Positions 53,189-64,000 of a DNA stretch of 64,000 nt are shown here, in pieces. The stretch's first letter is position 1; the number at the start of each line of letters is the position of its first letter. Below the pieces are notes generated by a model. It was not told the DNA's origin and did no database searches. It worked only from the letters and a program-made list of their open reading frames with translations. The stretch spans positions 25,978,001 through 26,042,000 of the forward strand of contig OZ281496.1 of assembly GCA_965637545.1 (NCBI GenBank). Reading direction: 5' to 3'. Source of the DNA: Phallusia mammillata (Eukaryota). The position numbers and the translations under genes are program-made.

Positions 53189-53196
53189 TTTTTATA
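53189..53196 (-). promoter_or_regulatory. TATA box of paralogue B
   Basis: TATAAAAA on the minus strand ~65 nt upstream of the ATG, same context as in A. Confidence 0.6.
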
Positions 53197-53452
53197 CTGC
53201 ACCAATAGTGTGTTTTTTTTCGTTTCCTTATATTACGCATTGGCAGGTACATGTCATGACTCTTCCAACGGATCAAAAAATTTAGGACATGACTTTCGGT
53301 TGTTTGCAAAAATTTCGAAATGGTGCAACCCGTTTCGCCTGTTACAACATTTTGGTAACGTGCATAGAAGGAATATACCAAAGTCAACATATGTATATGA
53401 CTGGTATCTGTTATGACTGATTATTTGATTATTTACTTGCTATAGGCTAATA

Positions 53453-53645
53453 CAGTGCTACCCAACCGGGGGGGATTTTAAATTAAGAAAAAACATATTT
53501 GTCCATGTGGTTAACCTGTGAAGGTGATATAAGACCCAATTTGAAATGGTCTTTGTATGGTTTAGCCTCTACTATATAGTATATTAAGGAGTAATGAAAA
53601 TGTTTATTCAGGGAGGAATTCGTCGAAAAAAGTTGGGAACCACTG
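53453..53645. mobile_element. hAT-type MITE upstream of paralogue B
   Basis: TIR CAGTGCTACCCAAC / GTTGGGAACCACTG, 8-bp TSD GGCTAATA. Confidence 0.85.
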
Positions 53646-54875
53646 GGCTAATACAACTGATTAAACCCTAAACGTTGGCAAAAAATACTGTAAACTTAAA
53701 AAAATGGCAGAAAGTTGTTTGCTTTGACATTAAATTAATTTGAGAGCCAACACTTTCGCTTCCTTGTTTTATGCAACTGGCATAGTATTTGTGCCCCAAA
53801 AAATTAATTAGATTCGTGACCAAATGCATTTTCGGTTGGACTTACACCAAAATGGATTAGATTCCTGCTTTGTTTTAAGTTACCATCAGTTTCTATAATG
53901 TAACTATTACCATAAAGCAGCGACTTAGATAGTGTCGTTAATGAGGTAAAAACAAAGTTTATAAATGGCAATTTGCCACTTTGGTCCTGTTTTACAACAT
54001 TTTATTACATGTACAACTGGAAAAAATATAGAATTTTAATGATTGACTGAAAACATGTCATCGGTAAAGATGAAACGAATCAAGTTATTCGAGCAAGTTC
54101 ACAGTTAATGTGGTGTATCAATTCCCTTATTCCCTATTAAAGTAATTTTATAACCTCGTCATTGTTAGGTGAACCTTGCGTGCCACAGCGCTAGTCAAGC
54201 TATAACTGGGTACAATAGCTATTAAATTTTACCAAGCAAAGTTCTCCTAAAGTGAGTTTATGTGCATAAATTTGTTGGCAGGATTTATAAAACACAGATT
54301 GCAGATTTAAAATATTAACAATGCATGCAAGAATAAAAACGAAAGCACGAATGCAAATCATCGATTTGAACAAGATATCTTTAACTTATTATATTTTCCG
54401 ACACAGCGCCAAATGAGTTTAACAACATTTGAAAAGATAAGTTAAAAGATAAGAACTGGAAGCGACACAAGTTTTAGAAAGGAAATTAAATCAGCTTTAA
54501 GATTAAATCCAGTTCAAGAATGACCAAACTTTCAGACACCAGTCAATGAGTCATGTCACAACAAACAGGCGCACGCCAACACTTAAACTGTCAACAAGTA
54601 GTTAATTAATTTGTTTACTTTCGCAAGGCAACTCATAGCATGCGCATAATGTGCTGTAACATCTTTTTCTCGGCATTATAAAAAAAGTAAGACAAAAAAA
54701 GCAGAACAAAAACAGAACTTTTCGAAAATTTACGCAATCGACCCGTGTTTATTATAATTTACATTTTATTGGTAAACTCAAAGCACAGATGAATTTTGTG
54801 ATATTTTGAACAGTCTTCTGTTAAGTGGAACAAAATTCTGAAATAGTGGAACAAAAATTCCGAACATGTAATCTC

Positions 54876-57755
54876 TCATCGAAATGCAACCATTTCTTCA
54901 TTATTTTCATTGTAAGTCACCAGATTTTGCGTCATTTCCATAAGTTTGTTTTTACGACTTCTTCTATAAATCTGAAAACAAACACAAGAATAAAATTATT
55001 TCATTCACTTTTTTGTGGAGGATAACCTGTCATCAGTATCTTGCTGAGGTCACGCTTAATTATAACTCAGCAATGTTTATGGAGAAAACCGGGCGGCCAA
55101 CGGCATAAAACGGTCAACGACAAAGCTTAGCAACAGCCGTGGACTTGCTTTTTGGCCTGTGTACTGCTATCTCTTAGCTATTTAACCTTGTGTTGCTTTC
55201 GGGTTTGTTAGCTACAAACCTATACAGGTTTCGCCTGCAAGTAACTGATTAATAACACACTGCTTCAACCGTCCTAAAACGTCGCAAAGCACATACAGGG
55301 GCACCTTTTAACGGAATCAACAACGCCAATGGCTGACAAACTATTATGAAACAAATGAGTAAAATGTCCGGCACATAAGATTAGGCATAAGCGCGGGGTA
55401 TTTGTCACTGTTTGTAGAGATACAAAATAATACAAAAACAAAGTGGCCTTCGCTGGTCACTTACATTCATACGTAAATAGACTAACAATAACACAGAACC
55501 CTTACCAGAACTGCCAACAAGGCAAAAGCCACTACAGCAATGACAACAACAGGTACAATGACGGCTACAGTCTTGTTGGGTTTGCCACTTGATTTGAGTA
55601 GCTCGGGATTAGCTTTGCGGTCTGAAAAAGACAAAATACGTTAGAAACTAAACAATCAAAGAAGGGCACATTGTAGAATATCCTGGGATGACATTCAAAC
55701 TACGCAACTATTTTTGTTTTAACGTAGTGTAACCTTTATAACGATACTTTTAGACAAGCAATTAAATCTAAGCAACATAAATAGCAAACACAACGTTTGT
55801 ACAGTGCTGGATTAACCATTAGGCAAAGTAGGCACGTGCCTACAGGCCAGTCAAAAATCCAGGCAACTTTAAATGATTTGGCAACACTGATGATTCTCAT
55901 TTTTTAGTTGGCAACCCTGATTTTCGGGCCACTTATAAAATGTGCCTACAGGCCAGCAGGCCCTTAATCCGGCACTGCGTTCGTACCAAAACAACAAACT
56001 GAAGTAATATCATATGCCTTGCCAAAGATAATTCCATTTTTCATGTGCAAGACAAGCGATACAACCAAACTTCGACAACAACTATTTTCGTACGCTTTCT
56101 ACACACAGTAGCCCCAAGTGGGTAGACACATTGGACGCAGTTACCTCTGCACAGGTTAGAATTGCAAGTACGATTTTCCCAGCTTTCTCCATGGCAACTT
56201 GACCCATTGCACGAAGCTATCGCAGTTATGTTTCGACGGCGCAGTTGGTATCCACCGCCACAAGTCGTACTGCACCTAAAAACAAAAAACAAAATTATAA
56301 CAGTGACTATTTTTATTTTATTGCACAAATGGTGCATATGTAAGGGTTTTGCAGTGCTAAAAAAGAAGTGTTTGTTTAACAGTTGTTTTTAGCTTTAATA
56401 AGAAGTGAACCAAGCATTTTCGACAAAAAAAATTGCTTATGCAATTGGCTTGTCTTTTTTTGGAGTTAGTTGTATCCATAAACTTATAATGTTGTAAACT
56501 TACTTGCTCCATTTAGACCAAGAATCCCACTGACAGTCGATTGGGCAACAGGAAGTGAAACAAGCTTTGTTTTCTGTTGCCTTTTCCGCTTTTGTGCAGT
56601 TACTCGGGTACGAGCTTTGTTTTCTTGTCTGTGTTCCATTGCCACAAGTGACACTACATTTGCTCCAATTGCTCCATAAACATTTCTGCAGACAGTCCTG
56701 AGTGGCACAGGCCTGGTATTTCTCTGGCAAGCAATCCCCACCGCATTTTGCCTTCACAGTTACGCTCCGGTTTCTGCTTTGATATCCCCCACCGCATGTT
56801 TGAGTACACGGGCCAAATTCACCCCAACTGCCAGTTTGGCAATCTACAGGGCAACAGCCGTGGTTGCATGTGTCAGTTTCAATTTCTGGGCCGGTGCAGT
56901 TTGTCCCACCACACACCGCCTCATTGCGCCTAAACCTGGTTCGACGCATGGTACCGTTGCCGCAAGAAACCGAGCACAAACTATAATGGGTCCACGAGGA
57001 CCACTTGCAATCCTTAGGACAACAGGCGCTTTTGTTATTACACACCGAAAATTGCTCACTAGGGCCTATACACCTCCCTCCGCATGATTCAAGCACAAGC
57101 TTTTGTCTTGATCTGTGAGATCTCCCAACACCGCAAGTAACTGAGCAAGAGTAAGGACTCCACGGTGCCCAAACACAGTTTTGTAGACAGCATCGTTTGT
57201 TGCAAGTAACAGTTCTTGAGCTCGGTCCGGAACAATGCTCTCCTCCGCATTGTGCAAAAACTTTGTGTCTTCTAGTTTCCAGAAGAGTCCCGTTCCCACA
57301 GGTTGCTGAACAACTGAACCCAGATAACGGCGCCCATTCACTCCAAGAGCAGTTAACTTTGATCGTGCACGGAATCTCAGAACTGAAATGTAGGAAATGA
57401 TTAAGTAATATTTATCGCACTTTATTAAGCTATTGATTAGTAGCATGAATTGATAATAGGTTTGGGAAAGAAAATATACACTAAATGGTTGAAAATCAGT
57501 GTTCGATGGCAACCGCCCATATTAAAACACAACGGTTTTTGGCCATTGCGATAAATTTACGGCAGCATTTACTTTTAAGTTTGGAAAGATGTTTCTATTT
57601 TTGTGTAGCACATTGAATGCAATAGGACACGTAAAATTTTGCATTATTTAATTCTACATCATAAAAACACACCTTGTTCCTGTTCCCCATTGACCAAAGC
57701 AGTGGTTGACTCCAAACACCAATAGTAGAGCGAAAACAGTTAACATTGGATCCAT
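54876..57755 (-). CDS. Type I membrane protein with 6 TSRs and a short cytoplasmic tail (gene D, 434 aa)
   Basis: Exons 57755-57673 (MDPMLTVFALLLVFGVNHCFG signal peptide), 57382-56504, 56275-56145, 55621-55506 (TM: TVAVIVPVVVIAVVAFALLAVL), 54971-54876 (IYRRSRKNKLMEMTQNLVTYNENNEEMVAFR*). Total 1305 nt, phases consistent. Confidence 0.87.
55802..55977. mobile_element. hAT-type MITE in an intron of gene D
   Basis: TIR CAGTGCTGGATTAA / TTAATCCGGCACTG, near-perfect 8-bp TSD CGTTTGTA / CGTTCGTA. Confidence 0.85.
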
Positions 57756-60529
57756 CGATAGAAACGGTAAGTTTACAACAACGAACTACTTCGTGCAGAC
57801 TGTTCCATAGTAAACAAAGCATGTTCTACAACTCGGGCGCAAATCTTTCCATTTCTGTCACATCACGTAGAGACATTCGTGATGTCACGCAGCCTAAAAG
57901 TTGTCGTTCGAAAGTCGTAGGCTAACGCGCCTTAATTAATTATAGAAACTTGAAGAGCGTTACGCGCGTAAGCTGTTGCGTTCTTGTGATGAGCAACAAG
58001 CATATTTTCGCAAACGCCCCAAACATAATAACATCACGACACAACAAAAAATGCATGACCAAAATCCGAATGGTTGTTGGCCTAGAATGCATTAGGCCAT
58101 TTTTACCAATACACTGACATATCGTAGGTACTAATACAGGTTAAAAATGTAGTGATGTTAGTCAACCAAATCGTTTCAAGTGTTCTCGTCGCAGTTTAGT
58201 CTAGTTATGCATGCACTTCAGTGTAAGAACAACCATAAATGTTATCGTTAAATCGAATGTTATACATAGGATATTACTATCCTTTAAATGGGCTTTGCGA
58301 TGAAGTTTAACTTCAGTTGCTTCACAAGTTAGTCCTATACATTATATAGTTTGTATGACTAGACATAAGTGTTTGTACGGTCACGTTTACAGTTTTTGCT
58401 ATACCCAGTCAACGTTTTTAGGCCCATATTATTTATCCTTGCCCAATCATAAAACAATCAACATGTAACACTTTGGGTGACAAAAAATAACTTAGTGTAG
58501 GCTATTATAAAACAATTTCACTGAATTACCTCAAAAGCAACAATCATAAAAAGCTAAAAACAGAAACGTACCGGTTGTTGATGCAATCTTTTTCGCAGAC
58601 TAATAGGTCCAAGCAGAGGAGAAATTGTAGAAAGAAACACGAGTTTGACACAATGAATATCACTTGGAAACACTCTTTTTGACAATAACGAACAGTTTTC
58701 CAGACAAGCTAAAAAGTACATTTTACTTGAAATGGTTTGAATTGCTATTTGTTGAATTGAATTGCCCACTATAAGATTCAGACCTATCCAAGCTTTAAAA
58801 AGCCACCTCATACCTTATTTTGCGGCAACTTGTGTTTTTAATTAAAACTAATTGTAAGATCGGAAACTATTTCAATTTATGCACAACATTAAAGCACTTG
58901 CTCTGCAGTTTCAACGCATTAAGTCTACATACTGTAAAAATTACCTTCTGTAAGATTACACTGTGTGCTGCTACTATAAGCAAGCTCTACCTTGTAACAC
59001 CTGCTAGCCAACCTTTGCCTGTTTTTCCACGCTTTCTCGCCTGCATTGCCTAAAGCAGGCGCGTGTTCGAAGGGGCGCGTTTTGCCTCAGGGAGCCGACC
59101 TCTTGGTGTTTACACATTCTTTGGATGTAACTAAGCACCAATTATGCTTTATGTATTATGTTTAGCAATTGAATCCCCAAAATAATAAATATCAATAGCA
59201 TTTAAGAATGAAGTGAAAATTATTTATTAAAAATGAAAATGTCAAACTGCTAAAACGAGTCAAAATGCTTCAATATACAATTAAATCAAAGATATGTTGT
59301 TGTGGGGAGTTGCTTCGTTGTGTAACTAATATCATTTTGGAGGAAGTTCTGCAAACGTATTGAATTAATTAGTTTTTCTTGTGGTGGTACAAAATCAAAC
59401 AAACTAAAAGGCCTGTTTTGACTGTGCCTTTTAAATATAAAATAATATTTCTGTTCCGACAATTAAAGATCACAAGCTCTGATCGTTTGTCGCTCTATAA
59501 AATATTTTTTGTAGGTGACATCAATATACATTTTAGTTCCATATCATTAAAAACTTCAGCAACAATGCTATGTTGCTTATATGGACGCTTGTGTCTGCTG
59601 GAATATTGCACAAATCTTGGAAGGAATACTAAGGCAACACTTTTTTCCAACGTTTTGACAAGCGCTCATATCTTCACCCTTAAGATGTATTTGCCAAATG
59701 TTTTCCAAACCACAAATCACAGTACGCCAGGCCGATTGGAGGCGCCATACCGAATCAGCCGGTCACCAAGCATTCACCACCATATGACAAGGCGTATAGG
59801 CTATAAAAAATTTATGTTTATCTTGCCAAATGTTGTGTCATAAAGCTTGTCGTTTCTTGCATCTTTTAGGACCATTATATTCCTCATAAAGTGCGCTATT
59901 ATTACTTACAAGGAAAAAAATGTATATTAACAGATCCGTTAAGATGAACATAAATTCACAACTGAGATCAGCCCTGAAGCGTCTATGCGGACCAGTTCAA
60001 TGGGCCTGGCGCACTATGATTTAACAGATCAGTGTATGCAGTTTTCCAAATTTACTAACATTTATATAGCAGTTGCATTATTTATATGTTAAAAGTTTTC
60101 TAGCTGTAAAAGATTCTTTCGCTCGAAGTTTCTAGAAAGTGTTTGCAGATAAAGATTCAGTTTAAATGTGCCCGTGCTCTTCGTTAACTGAAACTGGCGT
60201 GCGATCTTCTACACCCAGGTTGGGCATTTCTGGTCGGGTGTATATTAACTGGAATAAACGAGGTATGACCTTACTTCACACTAGGCCACATCTGTGTCTT
60301 ATTTTTACTTTGGTAAATCTATTTTTCTAATTCTAATACACTTGGACATTTATTTAAAAGACATTCGGATTTAGGTCTTGTTACTCGTTTCAGGTCTACT
60401 AACAAATATGAGTTACATTGTGGCACAAACTTTGCTTTTACATGATAGACACGTTGCCAAAAACTGTACCAGTATGTTTCCTATGTAAGACTAAAGACAC
60501 ATCTTATAGCAACGAAGGAGTATCCATAC

Positions 60530-63500
60530 CAGGGCAAGAGTTGGAATTGCACACTCGATTTTCGACACTCAGTCCTTGACAATCAGCTCCTCCGCACGTA
60601 CTCTCTTCTGATATTGTTCTAGATCTTTCTTGCGTTCCGTTTCCGCAAGTCAAGTCGCAACTGAATTAATACAAGGATTTAATTCGTTAATTACTGATTT
60701 TTTTTTCGTAGGTTTCACTTTTTAACGGAAAACAAAGTAATAGAAAATGAAAAAAAGAAATGCCACAGGCCTGAACTTGACTTCAAATCTGTTTTACATT
60801 TAATCTGGTTTACATTCTGTTCAGCTGATGCAAACTTCTTAGATTGAGGTATGGCGAAATTTATCCATTTACAGGTAAGGGCTCTAGACCAAACAAGCAT
60901 CGAAGTATTACTGCCTTGCAGTCCATTGGCTTCCGGAAAGATACCCTTGCGATTATTTTTTCAAACCATAATTAAATAATCCATGAGTCAGCAGCCTTTG
61001 CAGGAAATAGCAGTAAAAAAAGTTATGAAATGACCCTGCGATGACCGAAATCAATATATGTTTCTTAATAAAAACTGCCTCGGTTCGATTGCTAATTATA
61101 CAGCTATACGTCCTCCACATTGCGCCAATGAACGAAAGTCAGTCCCGTCCCCAAACGCAATCAATCGTTTACTTTGTATTTTTTCCAAAAAAATTAATTA
61201 ATTACCTAAATTGCATACTGTTTGTTCCAATATTTCTATATCGTTAGTATTTAAGCCAGAAGCGGACGACAATCTAAGCAATCCAAACAAAACTTTACTC
61301 TGTCTTGAGCGAAAGATTGTTTCGGTTTTAAAATAACTTTGATGCACTTATTCATTTCTACTTACTTTCCCCAAGCAGTCCACGGTGTCCAAGCGCAATC
61401 AGTCGTACAGCAGAAATCGTTGCAAACTCTTTCCTCTGTCGCTTCACCTGAACATACTGCACCACCGCATGATTCAAATCGCTCAAAACTCCTCTCTCTT
61501 AACTGAGTGCCTAAATATAAAGGATGATTGAGGTTTTAAACTATGCAACCCAAAACCTTAGAACTGTATTTCACACAACTCTTAAAATTCTCATAGAAGC
61601 AAGACACAGTCAAGGTTTTGAAACCATAAGCCATTTAGGCACACCGCTGCCTTGCAATGAGATCCCTTTTAACAATTAGCTTATAGCTAACAGTTCATAC
61701 GCAAGCAAAGGCACTATCGATAGTGGACTTTTAGATATTGCACACTGTCTGTTTTGTACCACTACGCGTCGTTTTTGTGCATGCGATATCATTAAAAATA
61801 CTGAACAGGCTTTTCGTCCACCAGGTTGCATATTTAACAAATTTTTCGTTCAACTTGTGTAATGCTAAACAAAATACTAGTTGATGTTTCAAAAACTTGT
61901 ATTTTTGCTAATGTTTCGCCCACCAGAACGGTAGGGCTTCATCACAGCATTGAATAATATAGCAAAAATACAAGTTCTCGAAACAGCAACTAGTATTTTG
62001 TTTAGCATTACACCAGTTGAACAAAAAATTTGTTAAATATGCAACCTGGTGGACGAAAAGCCTGTTCAGTATTTTTAATGATATCGCATGCACAAAAACG
62101 ACGCGTAGTGGTACAAAACAGACAGTGTGCAATATCTAAAAGTCCACTATCGATAGTGCCTTTGCTTGCGTATGAACTGTTATCGATAGTGCCTTTGCTT
62201 GCGTATGAACTGTTAGCTATAAGCTAACGCAGGCCGGTTAAGAATGTTAAACACCAATTCTTTAGATTTCAAAGACATAAATAAAATTGTAACAGAGTTA
62301 CCTCCACCGCATGTCTTCGTGCACTCTGACCAATTCCCGAATTCCCTCCACTTACAATCCACAGGACAACATATATCGTTGCAACTCCTTCAAAAACAGA
62401 AACTGATTATTCTGGTTTCTGGATAGAAATTTCAGAATAATAAAATCGAAACTGTTTATCAGATTAATGAGGTAAATACTGACAATAACAGGCGTAAAAA
62501 CAACACGCGTCATTTTCTTGTGATTCAGCAAATTGCTCCAATAGTTAGATTAAAACAACAAATAAAATAGATTGATGGTAATTGGTTTTACAACATTTCC
62601 AAACTAATACGTTTGCTCGCTTGAAGTACAGCGTGTTAAATCAACAAGGACAAGTATTACTATAAAACGCACTACTTGCCAATTCGAAATATGCACTCAC
62701 TGAGTTTCATTGGCAGAACCTTGGCACATCGCTCCTTTAAACATGTTTTTAACCTCTATATCTCGGCGTCGGGTTTTAATGCCCCCACCACAGGTTACGT
62801 CACATTGGTCCCAGGGGCTCCAATGACTCCATACGCAATCTATGGGGCATCGCTTTACGAGGCATCTTTTCCAAGCAACGCTATAACCGTAACAAGCTGA
62901 ACCTCCACAGCTTGAAGTACGATTGTATCCTCTGGTCCTCTTTTGAAGTCCTACACTACAGAAAGCAGAGCAAGTACCCCAAGGCTCCCAAGATCCCCAA
63001 GTGCAATCAACTGAAAAAAACATTCTCGGTTTTTTTATTGTCTGTGGCACTACATTAATTTACATGCTGGTGAAACGTTGGACAATGCTCATTTCGTTTT
63101 GGTTGACGTTTAAAAAACTATGATTTATACAACTTTGAATAGTTAGGAAGTTTCAAGGTGCTGTGTGTAACTAACAAAATATGGTATGTACCAAAAAACA
63201 GAAGATATAAGTCAACCGATTAGTGCAAACAGAATGTGTCAAGTCCGTAAACAAACTGCTTTAACTTTAGTACCTAAAAACAAGAAAATCGATTTGTCTA
63301 TTTTTAGTGTTTCGTATTTATGTAGCAGTAAATATTAAAACTTTTAGAAAGAAAAATAGTTAATCCTTTTAAGAAGTAGGGAAGCAAAACCTGTTGTTTA
63401 TAGGCCTATCTACATTTAACGATTTTTACCTGCACAACACTTTTAACGTGTATCTGACTTCTAAAAAAAGCATTGTGGTCGAATAATGACCGTTATGCAT

Positions 63501-63694
63501 TTTTTTTCCTGTAACGCTCGTGCCTTTTATTTTAGTTACCTGGGCAACATCGTTGATTACAAGTTTGTTCTTCTGGTAATTTGCAACTTCCACAAGGCCC
63601 TTCTGGCACAGTGACGTAGGGATACTGAACCCCTTCACCACAAGCCTGAGAGCATTCGCCCCACTCCCATTGACAGGGTGAAGAGTCGCATGGT
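60530..63694 (-). CDS. TSR-repeat protein, partial (gene E; 5 TSRs visible, 5' end not found in the window, last exon uncertain)
   Basis: Phase-compatible exons 63694-63540, 63010-62701, 62387-62302, 61510-61366, 60660-60530. Candidate terminal acceptors at ~60187 (VNEEHGHI*) or ~60103 (ARKLLTYK*) cannot be distinguished. Confidence 0.8.
61676..62227. mobile_element. Foldback / long-TIR element
   Basis: Arms of ~235 bp (61676-61910 and ~61960-62227) are near-perfect reverse complements around a ~50 bp spacer. The right arm has a 33-bp tandem duplication. Confidence 0.88.
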
Positions 63695-64000
63695 CTGCAA
63701 GGTTGCAAAAATGTTTTTTAAAGTAAGAGTATGGAACAATATGTTCTAACAGCTTAATTAGTTTAGGTTACGTAGCCATTGGTTGCCATACAGTCATAGT
63801 TGCCATCATGCACCTCAAATCCAGATTTTGGTCTGATAATAAATGAAAAAGATAAAAACAAACATATTTGGATTTACATCAAAACGGTTTTGAAGCTTTA
63901 CCAAAAAATAACTTACTATAATACAACAGAACATTTAATTTCGTAATATAAATTAATCATTGATTACACAGTCATACAGGCAGAAATCAAAGCATAAGTA

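Noticed and set aside
54876-54971. ITIM in the tail of gene D (VTYNEN)
   Set aside because: The Y+3 residue is Asn, not I, V or L.
57382-60530. Joining genes E and D into one long TSR gene
   Set aside because: Exon 60530 ends in phase 1 but exon 57382 needs phase 2, and a phase-2 signal-peptide exon at 57755-57673 supplies the start of D.
37419-63694. Assigning symbols such as HMCN1, SSPO, CFP or ADAMTS
   Set aside because: Only generic TSR and EGF similarity; the Ig, vWF, LDLa and protease domains of HMCN1, SSPO and ADAMTS are absent, and the EGF or TM regions do not fit CFP.

Overview
AT-rich eukaryotic DNA with spliceosomal GT-AG introns; the compact introns and gene content suggest an invertebrate animal, possibly an ascidian (inference). 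(1) 160-2010 is an A/C-rich modular minisatellite. (2) About 2.2-26.2 kb is a tandem family of apparently non-coding minus-strand transcription units. They are built from many 35-85 nt exons with retained splice sites, several CCAAT-promoter/first-exon copies and a young ~2 kb higher-order repeat. They also carry ~29 copies of a conserved ~50 nt intronic element with three GCATG motifs that can fold on the minus strand. (3) About 30.3-63.7 kb is a minus-strand cluster of thrombospondin type-1 repeat (TSR) genes: a pseudogene (C), two intact secreted paralogues (A and B; signal peptide, WFW-Arg7, 8 TSR, EGF, 3 calcium-binding EGF), a type I membrane protein with 6 TSRs (D) and the 3' part of another TSR gene (E). 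Insertions include an internally deleted Penelope-like element with a degenerate hammerhead motif, six hAT-type non-autonomous elements with 8-bp TSDs and a foldback element. Gene models were spliced by hand; difference counts and copy numbers are by eye and approximate.
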